From positions 7,691 through 71,690 of the forward strand of contig VYFG01000003.1 in NCBI GenBank assembly GCA_009842505.1: a stretch of DNA of 64,000 nucleotides, in the 5' to 3' direction. Below, piece after piece: positions 8,574 to 17,888 of this stretch. Positions within the stretch are counted from its first letter, which is position 1; each line of letters opens with the position of its first letter. Under the pieces are notes generated by a model. It searched no databases. It was not told the origin of the DNA and saw only the letters and a list, made by a program, of their open reading frames with translations. The translations under genes were made by a program, and so were the position numbers. This DNA comes from Gammaproteobacteria bacterium (GTDB taxonomy: Bacteria; Pseudomonadota; Gammaproteobacteria; Arenicellales; Poriferihabitantaceae).

Positions 8574-9884
8574 TCAGAGAGCCGCAAGGCCGATACCGGA
8601 GTATTCGTCCCGTACCAAGACACCGAATCCGGGGACTCGGCCTTGCCGACGCCGACAGGAGCTGGAGGGACTGTGCAACATCATATACGTCGGGGTGATA
8701 ATCCCATCTAGGAGTCGATAGAACTCTCTGTATTTCGGGTTTTTGTGGTGCTGAAGGTCACCAACGGCATTAAGGATGCCCCACAGAAGGTTCCGGATCG
8801 TCCTGGCAGCCTGCTTGACCGGCTCCAGGCGGCAGTGCACCGCCCAGGACAACCACCGCTTCCAGCCCTTCTCGGCCCAGGTCCTGCTGGAGTAATGCCA
8901 CAGCGACATGGCCAGCTTCTTGATCGCCCAGGCCCGGGCCGTCTTGAGCGTGCTGTCACGCAGCGCCTGGAACCGTGACTTCCGTCGGCGGCTCATGTTG
9001 GCCGGGTTCGTCAGCCAGTCGTACTGGCTCCCCTTGAGGTCCTCGCAGCCCTCCCGCATCAGGGCCCGGTGCTCCTGGCGCCGGACCTTGTCCACCGCGT
9101 CCCCCAGGTGCTTCGCCAAATGGAGCTTGTCGAAGGCGACCTTCTCCTCCCCCTCGGGCACCTGCTCCAGGTTCGCGTGGATATAGGCCGGCCACATGTC
9201 CATGCTCACGCTCTCGAGGCCGGCGAGCTGCGCCGGCGTCAGGCTCCGGTACCACCCCTCCAGGGTCTCCTGCCTGCCTGCGGTCCTCTCCCACGTACAG
9301 CACCTGCCCTTCCCTCTGGTCCGACACCACCGTACGTAGTCGTGGTGCTTGCGGAACGAGGTCTCGTCCACGCCGATATGGGCGCACACCCGCTCCTGAC
9401 GGCGCGCCAGGCCCCGGGCCACCGCCGAGGTGCTCGCCTCCTTCAGCCACTCGATCACCACCGACTCGAACAACATCGTGAACCGCGGCAGGGGCTCCGC
9501 CCAGGGCACCGGCACCGTCACCATCCCATGCCCCGGGCACTCCACCCAGGGGACGTCCGCCGCCAGGATCGTCCGGTACTGGCAGGTATCCAGGTGACGC
9601 CACTCCCGCGGGCGGCGGTCATAGCCCCTGCAGGCCGCACCGCACTGCGGGCAGGTCAGTTCATGGCCGGGGTCGTGGGAGACATGGACCTTGACGGTCT
9701 GCTCCTCGTGGCGGATCTCCACGTCCGTGACCGCCCAGGGAAACTCGATGCCGAACAGGCGGTTGCATTGCTCCTTTTGATCATGGTGCTCGTCTTTCAG
9801 GTCGGTGGAATCCCCGGCACTGGCGCGCTGGCGCTTGCTGTCCGCGATGCCGCGCGACAAAGCAAGTTTGTCGCGCGGCATCAC
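8574..9884 (-). CDS. ISL3-family transposase, probably inactive (scrambled internal segment, divergent 3' end)
   Basis: The 436-aa ORF has an ISL3-like N-terminal zinc-finger region (CPQCG...RHLDTCQYRTIL...VECPGHG) and the MDMWPAYI and LKTARAW motifs. About 19 codons around 9290-9345 are out of frame: the expected VTVVSDQREGQVLYVGEDRRQ is readable in another frame, which indicates compensating -1/+1 shifts. Family similarity is lost after ...LWGILNAV (about 8765). Confidence 0.8.
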   Translation of the reverse strand: MMPRDKLALSRGIADSKRQRASAGDSTDLKDEHHDQKEQCNRLFGIEFPWAVTDVEIRHEEQTVKVHVSHDPGHELTCPQCGAACRGYDRRPREWRHLDTCQYRTILAADVPWVECPGHGMVTVPVPWAEPLPRFTMLFESVVIEWLKEASTSAVARGLARRQERVCAHIGVDETSFRKHHDYVRWCRTRGKGRCCTWERTAGRQETLEGWYRSLTPAQLAGLESVSMDMWPAYIHANLEQVPEGEEKVAFDKLHLAKHLGDAVDKVRRQEHRALMREGCEDLKGSQYDWLTNPANMSRRRKSRFQALRDSTLKTARAWAIKKLAMSLWHYSSRTWAEKGWKRWLSWAVHCRLEPVKQAARTIRNLLWGILNAVGDLQHHKNPKYREFYRLLDGIITPTYMMLHSPSSSCRRRQGRVPGFGVLVRDEYSGIGLAAL

Positions 9885-9978
9885 GGATCCAGGGTGAAAA
9901 GCGGGTCATGAATGACCGGTTCCAGGGGAAACCCTCTGTATAGCAGGAAATCCTACCCACTCAAACAGGGGAAGAGCC
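8740..9978 (-). mobile_element. Truncated ISL3-family insertion sequence; only one terminal inverted repeat is present
   Basis: One terminus reads GGCTCTTCCCCTGTTTGAGTGGGTAGG on the minus strand starting at 9978, which matches the ISL3-type GGCTCTT end. I found no matching inverted copy on the plus strand between 8400 and 8760, so the low-coordinate boundary is approximate. Confidence 0.6.
9945..9978 (-). repeat. Terminal inverted repeat (single copy) of the ISL3 element
   Basis: GGCTCTTCCCCTGTTTGAGTGGGTAGGATTTCCT, read from 9978 downward. It lies 23 nt from the 3' end of tRNA-Thr. Confidence 0.55.
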
Positions 9979-10001
9979 TTATTTATAAACAGAAATATAG
10001 A

Positions 10002-10077
<76 letters not shown>

Positions 10078-10100
10078 ATGGGGATACAGCGAGGAAACGG

Positions 10101-10129
10101 ATTATATGTATTGGACTTTGCAGGGTCCA
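10101..10129 (-). promoter_or_regulatory. Putative sigma70 promoter of tRNA-Thr
   Basis: The minus strand reads TGGACC (10129-10124), a 17-nt spacer, then TATAAT (10106-10101). The -10 element ends 24 nt upstream of the tRNA 5' end. Confidence 0.45.
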
Positions 10130-10258
10130 CCACCAACTGGAGAAAGCGAGCGCAATACCGGGACCCATGTCGGCAACCCGAACAGTCCGGAATAACCGGC
10201 GCATGGGAGCATGTAGAAGCAACCAGCGCAACAACGCTTCGACCGAAACGGATAGCCC

Positions 10259-11410
10259 CTAGCCTGGTTCCAGACGCCAGACGGCGGCGCCATTCTCGTC
10301 CAGAAGCAGGTAGATCAAGCCGTCGGGACCGGTGCGGACATCGCGAATCCGGTTACCGAAATCCGTCAGGAGACGCTCCTCATGAATCACCTGTTCCCCG
10401 TCAAGCTCCAGTCGGACAAGCAGTCGGGCGCGCAGCGCACCGACGAACAGGTTTCCGTTCCATCGGGGAAACATGTCGCCACGATAGACCGTCAGCCCCG
10501 AGGGGGCGATCGACGGCACCCAGTAGGTGGCGGGCTGTTCCATGCCGGCACGTGCGGTCTCGTCGGTGATGCTGGTGCCGCTATAGTTTCGGCCATAGGT
10601 GATCGTCGGCCATCCGTAGTTCCGCCCGCGCTCCACCAGGTTGACCTCGTCACCGCCCCGCGGCCCATGTTCCTGCGACCAAAGTCTGCCGGTCTTGGGA
10701 TCGAAGGCAAGGCCCTGCGGGTTGCGGTGGCCATAGGACCATATTTCGGGAAGCGCCCCCCCGCGATCGACGAAAGGATTGTCGGCCGGGGCCGTACCGT
10801 CAGGATTGAGCCTGAGGATTGCACCGGCGTGGGTGCCCAGATCCTGCGCATTGGGCCGGTGGCCGCGGTCTCCGATGGTGACGAATAGTTTCCCGTCCGC
10901 ATCAAAGCGCAGCCGCGAACCGAAATGCCGTCCCGAGCGGCTTCCCGCACGACCGACGAAGACAACCCGGAACCCGTGCAGCCGATCGTCTTCCAGCCGG
11001 GCCGTGCTGACCGCAGTCGTCTTGCCTCCCCCGGTGTCCCAGGTGTGGCTCAGATAGATCCGCCGGTTGGTTGTGAAATCCGGATCGATGGCGACATCCA
11101 TCAACCCGCCCTGCCCGAAGGACTCGATCCACGGCAGGCCGGGAAGCGGGTCCGACGGCTTCTCCCCGGGATGCAGGATTCGGAGATTGCCGTCCAGTTC
11201 GGTCACCAGGATTCGCCCGTCGGGGAGAAACGCCATGCCCCACGCCTGATCGAATGGTCCGCCGACCGGGACAAGACGGAATGAATGTTTCTCCGAGTGG
11301 TACTCACGCGGCTCGTAGGAGTCCGCAATACCGCCCGAATTCACGCAAAGCAGCAGGACAGCAACCGCCCAGGCCAGGATCGTGCCCCCGCGATGGCAAT
11401 CGTCAGTCAT
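10259..11410 (-). CDS. PQQ-dependent soluble sugar (aldose/sorbosone) dehydrogenase, YliI-like
   Basis: The start at MTDDCHRGG is followed by a hydrophobic signal or anchor segment. Family-typical segments include HRPNAQDLGTHAGAILRLNPDG, WSYGHRNPQGLAFD and RGGDEVNLVERGRNYGWP. Confidence 0.8.
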   Translation of the reverse strand: MTDDCHRGGTILAWAVAVLLLCVNSGGIADSYEPREYHSEKHSFRLVPVGGPFDQAWGMAFLPDGRILVTELDGNLRILHPGEKPSDPLPGLPWIESFGQGGLMDVAIDPDFTTNRRIYLSHTWDTGGGKTTAVSTARLEDDRLHGFRVVFVGRAGSRSGRHFGSRLRFDADGKLFVTIGDRGHRPNAQDLGTHAGAILRLNPDGTAPADNPFVDRGGALPEIWSYGHRNPQGLAFDPKTGRLWSQEHGPRGGDEVNLVERGRNYGWPTITYGRNYSGTSITDETARAGMEQPATYWVPSIAPSGLTVYRGDMFPRWNGNLFVGALRARLLVRLELDGEQVIHEERLLTDFGNRIRDVRTGPDGLIYLLLDENGAAVWRLEPG

Positions 11411-11711
11411 TGCATAACCTCGAAAATGCATCATCCTTCGTTGCCGGGAAGCTGTCACGCCCAATCCTTTCGCACGCCTCGGTCACCATGGCCCGCACGC
11501 TGGAAGCAAGCGCCTTCGAAAATATGGATTCCACTGATTGAGACTCCCTGGTCAGCCGGTTTTCGCACACCCATACCCGTCATCACATCCTGCCAATCGA
11601 GATACTCCATTGTAAACGCATTGAAATGCTACCCGGTGGGCCCGTCGTGCACGTATTGCCATCTTCCCGGGCGTGGCCGGGTGTCTAATTCCAGCCCCTT
11701 CCGGTGCGGGA

Positions 11712-12653
11712 TCAGTTCCCTTTCAGCTGCACCGGCAGCGAGAACGAAATATTTTCCCTTGGTCCTGCCAGTTCCTGTATCGACAGGTCGTCCCTGTGCA
11801 GCTTTTCCACCACCCTCTGCACCAGTGACTCGGGCGCCGAGGCGCCAGCAGTGACACCGACGCGCTGCACGCCCTGCAACCATTCGTCGCGGATTTCCTC
11901 AGGTCCATCAATGAGATAGGCCGGAACGTTCCGCACAGCGGCGATCTCCCGCAGCCGGTTCGAGTTGGAACTGTTCTGGGAACCCACGACGAACACCACG
12001 TCGCATTGACCCACCATCTGCTTGACGGCGTCCTGGCGATTCTGGGTGGCGTAGCAGATATCCGCCTTGCGCGGCCCCTTGATCCGCGGGAAACGGCTGC
12101 GCAGGGCATCGATGATCCGTGCCGTGTCATCCATGGAAAGCGTGGTCTGGGTGACGTAAGCCAGGCAGGTTGGATCGCGGACTTCCAGCCTTTCAACATC
12201 CTCGACGGTTTCCACCAGAAGAATATTCCCTTCGGCCTGTCCCATGGTGCCCTCCACCTCGGGGTGGCCTGCATGCCCGATGAGAATGACCTCATGCCCC
12301 CGCTTGATGTTCTGGGCCACCTCGACGTGCACCTTTGTGACGAGCGGACAGGTCGCGTCGAGCACACTGAGCCTGCGGTGCTTCGCTTCCTCCCTCACCC
12401 TCTGGGAGACACCGTGGGCACTGAATATGACGATGGAATCCTCCGGAACCTCCTCGAGTTCCTCCACGAACACCGCGCCCTTGTCGCGCAGATTGTCCAC
12501 CACAAAGCGGTTGTGGATCACCTCGTGACGAACGTAGATGGGGGCCCCGTACTTTTCCAGTGCCCGTTCGACGATCTCGATGGCACGGTCCACGCCGGCA
12601 CAGAAGCCGCGTGGGTTGGCAAGAATGACTTTCATAGCCGGAGTGTGACTCAT
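11712..12653 (-). CDS. ispH: 4-hydroxy-3-methylbut-2-enyl diphosphate reductase
   Basis: [26 protein letters not shown]... is colinear with IspH/LytB. The start at 12653 forms an ATGA overlap with the lspA stop. The homologous MKVIL start at 12635 is an alternative. Confidence 0.9.
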   Translation of the reverse strand: MSHTPAMKVILANPRGFCAGVDRAIEIVERALEKYGAPIYVRHEVIHNRFVVDNLRDKGAVFVEELEEVPEDSIVIFSAHGVSQRVREEAKHRRLSVLDATCPLVTKVHVEVAQNIKRGHEVILIGHAGHPEVEGTMGQAEGNILLVETVEDVERLEVRDPTCLAYVTQTTLSMDDTARIIDALRSRFPRIKGPRKADICYATQNRQDAVKQMVGQCDVVFVVGSQNSSNSNRLREIAAVRNVPAYLIDGPEEIRDEWLQGVQRVGVTAGASAPESLVQRVVEKLHRDDLSIQELAGPRENISFSLPVQLKGN

Positions 12654-13129
12654 CTGCGGAAAAACGGCAAACTGTCCAGGATCAGCATGATAGCGCCTAT
12701 TGTAATGGCCACGTCGGCCACATTGAACGCGGGAAACATCCAATTTCCATAATGCAAAAGGAAAAAATCGATCACGTAGCCGTTCATGACGCGGTCGACC
12801 AGGTTGCCGATGGCTCCGCCCAGCACCAACGAAAGTCCGATGGCGAGCCACCGGTTCCTTTCCCGTTCCCGCCAGATCCAGACAAGCAGGACCAGTGAAA
12901 ACACCGATGCCAGCCCGACAAACAGGTAATGCTGCCAGCCCCCGGCATCATTGAGGAAGCCGAATGCGGCGCCCTTGTTGAAGACCAGCACCAGGCTGAA
13001 AACCGGCAGGATGTCCACCGACGGGCCTTCCAGCAGATTGTCGTAGGCCAGGGACTTGGTCACCTGGTCCAACGCCAGCACCAGTAGCGCCAGCAGGAGG
13101 AAAACCACGTAGCGGACGGTGGCGTTCAT
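12650..13129 (-). CDS. lspA: Lipoprotein signal peptidase II
   Basis: [27 protein letters not shown]...NKGAAFGFL...FNVADVAI has the typical LspA motifs. The start overlaps the ribF stop as ATGA (13126-13129). Confidence 0.9.
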   Translation of the reverse strand: MNATVRYVVFLLLALLVLALDQVTKSLAYDNLLEGPSVDILPVFSLVLVFNKGAAFGFLNDAGGWQHYLFVGLASVFSLVLLVWIWRERERNRWLAIGLSLVLGGAIGNLVDRVMNGYVIDFFLLHYGNWMFPAFNVADVAITIGAIMLILDSLPFFRR

Positions 13130-14052
13130 GCAAGCCCCAGGATATCCCGTGCCCGGACACAGTCCTTCAGGATCTGTGCCTGCAGGGCTTCGAAGCCGTC
13201 GAATTTCCTTTCGGGACGGATCTTTTCCGCGAACTCCACGCATACCCGGCTGCTGTATACCTCGTCGTCAAAATCGAACAGGTGAACCTCCAGCAGTGTT
13301 CTCAGGCCCCCCACGGTGGGCCGGGTGCCCAGGTTCGCAACTCCGGGCAACGGGCCTTCGCCAAGACCGCGCACGCGCACCGCGAAAACCCCGGTCAATG
13401 CCGGCTTGTGGTTGATCGGGACATTCAGGGTCGGAAACCCCCACTGCCTGCCGAGCCGCTGACCCCGTATCACCCGGCCGGCCAGGGCGTAGGGCCGCCC
13501 CAGCAGTTCGGCGGCGGCACCAAGGTCACCGGCCTCCAGCAGTTTCCGGACCCTGGTGCTGCTGATGCGCTCCCCGTGCATGCTCAGCGTTTCCGTCCGC
13601 TCAAGATCATAGCCCATCTCGTCCGCCAGGGCGGACAGCAGGTCGAAATTCCCCTGGCGGTCACGTCCGAAACGAAAATCATCGCCAACCAGGAGGTACC
13701 GGACCGCCAGCGCATCCACCAGGATCTCCCTGACGAAAGCCGTAGCTTCCGTGGACGCAAGGCGGTCATCGAAACGCAGGCTCAGCATGATGTCAATTCC
13801 GCATTCGGCGAGGGCAAAGTAGCGCGTCGTCAGGTTCGTAAGCCGGGGGTATCTTTGCTCGCCGCGGAAATATTCCTGGGGATGGGGGTCGAACGTCATC
13901 ACCACGGCCGGCAACCCCAGGCGGTCCCCGTGCGAGCGCAGGTTCGCCAGGATCCTGCGATGACCGAGATGCACCGCATCGAAATTGCCGATAGTCAACA
14001 CGCAGCCCCGGCCGGCAAGGCCCGCAGCGGCGGTGCTACGGACAAGCCTCAT
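13126..14052 (-). CDS. ribF: Bifunctional riboflavin kinase / FMN adenylyltransferase
   Basis: MRLVRS...VLTIGNFDAVHLGHRRIL... is followed by a C-terminal riboflavin kinase region (GFPTLN...GVFAVRV...LEVHLFDFD). The start overlaps the murJ stop as ATGA (14049-14052). Confidence 0.9.
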   Translation of the reverse strand: MRLVRSTAAAGLAGRGCVLTIGNFDAVHLGHRRILANLRSHGDRLGLPAVVMTFDPHPQEYFRGEQRYPRLTNLTTRYFALAECGIDIMLSLRFDDRLASTEATAFVREILVDALAVRYLLVGDDFRFGRDRQGNFDLLSALADEMGYDLERTETLSMHGERISSTRVRKLLEAGDLGAAAELLGRPYALAGRVIRGQRLGRQWGFPTLNVPINHKPALTGVFAVRVRGLGEGPLPGVANLGTRPTVGGLRTLLEVHLFDFDDEVYSSRVCVEFAEKIRPERKFDGFEALQAQILKDCVRARDILGLA

Positions 14053-15614
14053 TCGGTTCCTCTCCCCGAAAGCAGGAACTTCAATGGTACGCCGGACACG
14101 ACAAGAACAATGAAATAGGTCACCAGTCCCGCCGGAACCAGCCATCCCAGGCGAGAGACGCGTTCCGGTACCGGACTGTCGAGCCACCAACCGGAATCTC
14201 CCATCCCCATATAGAGCAAAAGGCCCATCACGGCGCTGGCCCCGATGACCCGCACCAGAAGAGATGGCCATTCCGGCTCCAGGTGAAGCACCCCGGAACG
14301 GCGAAGACCGGAGTATAGCAAGCCCGCGTTCACCACGGCAGCGATTGAGGTCGCCGCGGCCAGGCCGACATGGTGGAACGTGGTAAAGAGGGCGAGGCTG
14401 GCGACGATGTTGACCGCCACGGCGATGATGCCGATGCGGACCGGCGTCCTGGTATCCTTGCGAGCAAAGTATCCGGGCGCCAGCACCTTGACCAGGACGA
14501 TGGGCACCAGCCCGAAGCTGTACGCCACCAGGCTGAGCGCCGACATGCCGACCCCGTTGCGGGTGAAATCCCCGTGATAGAAGATCGTGCTGATCAGTGG
14601 CACTGCCAGGATTATCAGGGCGGCGGTGGCCGGCACGCAGATCAGGAACACCCAGCGCATGCCCCAGTCCAGGGTGCGGGAAAACCGTCCCGGGGACTCG
14701 GCGGCATGCTGGCGCGAAAGGCCGGGCAGGATCACTGTGCCGAGTGCGATGCCGAACACGCCCACGGGAAACTCCATCAGGCGGTCGGAATAGTAGAGCC
14801 AGGAAATGCTGCCCGTCACGAGGAAAGACGCCAGCAGGGTATTGATGAGCACGTTGAGCTGTGCGACGGAAACCCCGAAGATAGCCGGCAGCATGAGGCG
14901 GAACACCTGCCCCGCGCCGTCGGCTGCCACCCGGTCACCGGGGGTCCTTCGGAGCCTCGGCTTCACGAGCAGCGCCTCCCGTCGCAGGAACGGGACCTGG
15001 AACAGGAGCTGGACCACGCCGGCGACCAGCACGCCCACCGCCAGGGCCAGCGGGCCGCTGTCCATCACATCCACCAGCTGCCATGCCGCCAGGATGAGAC
15101 AGACATTGAGCAGGATGGGCGTGGCGGCGGGGCCGGCGAACCGGCCGCAGGAATTGAGCATGGCCCCCGCCATTGCCACCAGGGAGATGAAGAACAGGTA
15201 GGGGAACGTGATGCGCGTGGCCTCCACGGTCAACGCGAACTTCGCGGGATTTTCCGAGAATCCCCAGGCGATGGCCTTGACCAGCCACGGTGCGGCGGCA
15301 ACCCCGGCCAGGGAGAAGAGTGCCAGCACGAGACCGAACCGTCCCAAGGTGAGCTCCAGGAACCGTTTTCCCTGGTCCCTGTCATGGTTCTCGCGAAAAT
15401 CCGTGAACACCGGGACGAACGCTGCCGCAAACGCGCCTTCCGCAGTCATCCGGCGAAAGAAGTTGGGAATCCGGAAAGCGACGAAGAAAACATCCGCCGC
15501 CGCCCGGTCGCCGAGGATATTGGCCAACACCACGTCCCGTATCAGGCCACTGATCCGTGACAGCAGAGTCATGGACCCGACCACGGAGGTAGACTTGATG
15601 AGTTTGCCGGACAT
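14049..15614 (-). CDS. murJ: Lipid II flippase MurJ (MviN)
   Basis: 521-aa polytopic membrane protein with the N-terminus SVVGSMTLLSRISGLIRDVVLANILG...FFVAFRIPNFFRRMTAEGAF, which is diagnostic of MurJ. Confidence 0.9.
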   Translation of the reverse strand: MSGKLIKSTSVVGSMTLLSRISGLIRDVVLANILGDRAAADVFFVAFRIPNFFRRMTAEGAFAAAFVPVFTDFRENHDRDQGKRFLELTLGRFGLVLALFSLAGVAAAPWLVKAIAWGFSENPAKFALTVEATRITFPYLFFISLVAMAGAMLNSCGRFAGPAATPILLNVCLILAAWQLVDVMDSGPLALAVGVLVAGVVQLLFQVPFLRREALLVKPRLRRTPGDRVAADGAGQVFRLMLPAIFGVSVAQLNVLINTLLASFLVTGSISWLYYSDRLMEFPVGVFGIALGTVILPGLSRQHAAESPGRFSRTLDWGMRWVFLICVPATAALIILAVPLISTIFYHGDFTRNGVGMSALSLVAYSFGLVPIVLVKVLAPGYFARKDTRTPVRIGIIAVAVNIVASLALFTTFHHVGLAAATSIAAVVNAGLLYSGLRRSGVLHLEPEWPSLLVRVIGASAVMGLLLYMGMGDSGWWLDSPVPERVSRLGWLVPAGLVTYFIVLVVSGVPLKFLLSGRGTE

Positions 15615-15909
15615 ACAGGTTATCTCTGGTATCTCGGGAACCGAAAGCGCCCGCCGTTCAGCGCAGTCTTGACTTCAGGCACGAAATTGACGATATTCCG
15701 GCGTCCCCTGCAGCCCCCGTGCCCCTGTTTCTGGTCCGGGGACCATCCAGGGCCCGGCAGGACGGGAAGCACCGGACGCGGTGGATACAGGGCGGCGCAT
15801 TATAGTCCCGTTACAGCAGTCCGGGAATCCCCGCGTACCTGACTGTCCGGTCCGGAACCGGACCGGCGGCACCGCAGGACATGCGAACCAATTTTTCAGG
15901 AACCCGATC

Positions 15910-16179
15910 TTGGCAAATTCATCACAAGCACGAAAGCGCGCCCGCCAGAACGTCAGACGGCGCAACCACAACATGAGCCAGCGCTCGGCGCTGCGCACGT
16001 CGATCAAGAAGCTGCTCAAGCTGATCGACGCCAACAATGTCGACCAGGCCAGGGCCACCTACCGCGAAACCTCGGCCCATATCGACCGGGCCGCATCCAA
16101 GGGACTGCACCATCCCAACCGGGCCGCGCGCCTGAAGCGCCGCCTGAACAACCGCCTGCGGGCCATCACCACCCAGTAA
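15910..16179 (+). CDS. rpsT: 30S ribosomal protein S20
   Basis: A TTG start at 15910 (AGGAA 7 nt upstream) gives (M)ANSSQARKRARQNVRRRNHNMSQRSALRTSIKK..., 89 aa, divergent from murJ. The longer tracked ORF from 15781 is an upstream extension. Confidence 0.9.
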   Translation: MANSSQARKRARQNVRRRNHNMSQRSALRTSIKKLLKLIDANNVDQARATYRETSAHIDRAASKGLHHPNRAARLKRRLNNRLRAITTQ

Positions 16180-16198
16180 CCTTCTGCCCGGTCCACGT

Positions 16199-16221
16199 AC
16201 CGGTCAGGCCCCCGGTTTTTT
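16199..16221 (+). terminator. Possible intrinsic terminator of rpsT
   Basis: A 5-bp stem ACCGG/CCGGT (16199-16203 pairing with 16212-16216) with an 8-nt loop is followed by a T-run (16216-16221). The hairpin is weak and overlaps the rluB 3' end. Confidence 0.3.
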
Positions 16222-17124
16222 CCGCTCCCGGTCCCCGCGAACCAGGGCGCGCCCGGCAGTCCCGTCACCTGACGGCGGCACGGACTGCGCGATCCTGACG
16301 ATCCCGCTGACCTCGGCCGCACCAAGCTCGGCCCAGCCCCCCGCCGGCACCCCGCGGGGCAACCTGACCGGTCCGTAGCGCACCCGGACAAGCCGGCTGA
16401 CGCGGCAGCCGACGGCTTCCCACAGCCTGCGGACCTCCCGGTACCGTCCCTCGGTGACCACGACACGGAACCAGGTATTGCGGCCCTCCCCCCGCTGCCT
16501 CGCGATACTGCGAAACCCGATCCGCTCTCCGTCCAGCTCCACCCCCCTTCTGAGGGTGTCCATGGCGGTGGCGTCCACGTCCCCGAACACCCGGCACAGG
16601 TACTCCCGCTCAAGGCCCGTGTCGGGATGCATCAGTCGATTCGCCAGGTCGCCGTCCGTGGTGAAAAGGAGCAGTCCCCGGGTATTGATATCCAGCCTGC
16701 CCACGGCCACCCATCGGGCCTTGCGGATTCTCGGCAAGTTGCGGAACACCGTGGGACGCCCTGCCGGATCATCGCGGCTGCAGATCTCCCCTTCGGGCTT
16801 GTTGTAAGCAATCACCCTGGTGCCCCTGGCGGCGGGCGGGCGACGTGAAACCGGCTTGCCGTCCAGCAGGATGCGCGAGCGGTCGCTGACTTTCTGGCCG
16901 AGTTCCGCCGCCCGGCCATCCACTCTGATCCGGCCTTTTTCGATCCATGACTCCACCTGCCTGCGGGACCCGAGCCCCAGATCGGACAGGTATTTCTGCA
17001 GGCGTATTCCGCCGGGGCCTTCGGTCACCCGGCCAGCAGCCGCCCCGGAAGGAGCCTTGGATGCATGAAAAGAAGTGCCGGGCCCTGTCCTGCCGCGGCT
17101 GTTCCGCCTGCCCGGTCGCGTCAT
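16204..17124 (-). CDS. rluB: 23S rRNA pseudouridine synthase RluB
   Basis: It has an S4 domain (IRLQKYLSDLGLGSRRQVESWIEKGRIRVDG), the RsuA/RluB catalytic motif (VAVGRLDINTRGLLLFTTDGDLANRLMHP) and a basic C-terminal tail. Confidence 0.85.
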   Translation of the reverse strand: MTRPGRRNSRGRTGPGTSFHASKAPSGAAAGRVTEGPGGIRLQKYLSDLGLGSRRQVESWIEKGRIRVDGRAAELGQKVSDRSRILLDGKPVSRRPPAARGTRVIAYNKPEGEICSRDDPAGRPTVFRNLPRIRKARWVAVGRLDINTRGLLLFTTDGDLANRLMHPDTGLEREYLCRVFGDVDATAMDTLRRGVELDGERIGFRSIARQRGEGRNTWFRVVVTEGRYREVRRLWEAVGCRVSRLVRVRYGPVRLPRGVPAGGWAELGAAEVSGIVRIAQSVPPSGDGTAGRALVRGDRERKKPGA

Positions 17125-17885
17125 CCGCCGGGGGCACTGGACACGACTGCGCCATCCTCCAGTCCCCCGTCACCGGTTCCCGCCGGGGAGATTCCCGTCT
17201 CCGCTTGCGCCGGTGCGGCCGTCTCCCCGATTCCGTCCGGCCCGGCCCCGTCGGCGTCCTGCCCTGCTTCCGGCTCCCCCTGTCCGCCCGTATCCGCGGA
17301 CGTCTCGAGGGCCACCAGCACCTCCTGGGGCAGCGACACCTCCATTTCCCCCACGATCTCCATCAGGTCCCTTTGTTCCGCAAGATCGGGCAGGTCCTTC
17401 AGGGAACCGAGATTGAAATAAGACAGAAATTCCCGGGTGGTGCCGAAAAGCGCCGGATGCCCGGGGACGTCACGCACCCCGACCTGCTTGATCCAGCCCC
17501 GCTCGACGAGACGCTGGATGATGTCCGCGCTCACCGTCACGCCGCGCACCTCCTCGATATCGCCGCGGCTTGCCGGCTGCCGATAGGCAATGATGGCCAG
17601 CGTCTCCAGGAGCGCCCGGGACAACCTGGGCGGTCGCACCGCGTGCAGCCTTCGAAGGTAGTCGGCATACTTTTCCCGCGTGTGGTAGCGGTACCCGCTG
17701 CCGATCTTCTTCAATTCCACGCCGCGGTCCGCGCACTCTTGGCTGAGGGTTTCGATGGCTTCGTGAACCCGGGCAGCCTCGGGTCTCGCGGTTTCATCGA
17801 ACAAGCCCTGGATCCTGGCCACGCTCACCGGGCTGTCCGCCGCCAGCAGAACCGCCTCGACGATATTCTTCAGGTCGTCCGGCAT
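17121..17885 (-). CDS. scpB: Segregation and condensation protein B
   Basis: MPDDLKNIVEAVLLAADSPVSVARIQGLF...IIAYRQPASRGDIEEVRGV... is typical of ScpB, followed by an acidic/Pro-rich C-terminal tail. The stop overlaps the rluB start as ATGA. Confidence 0.85.
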   Translation of the reverse strand: MPDDLKNIVEAVLLAADSPVSVARIQGLFDETARPEAARVHEAIETLSQECADRGVELKKIGSGYRYHTREKYADYLRRLHAVRPPRLSRALLETLAIIAYRQPASRGDIEEVRGVTVSADIIQRLVERGWIKQVGVRDVPGHPALFGTTREFLSYFNLGSLKDLPDLAEQRDLMEIVGEMEVSLPQEVLVALETSADTGGQGEPEAGQDADGAGPDGIGETAAPAQAETGISPAGTGDGGLEDGAVVSSAPGG

Positions 17886-17888
17886 CGG

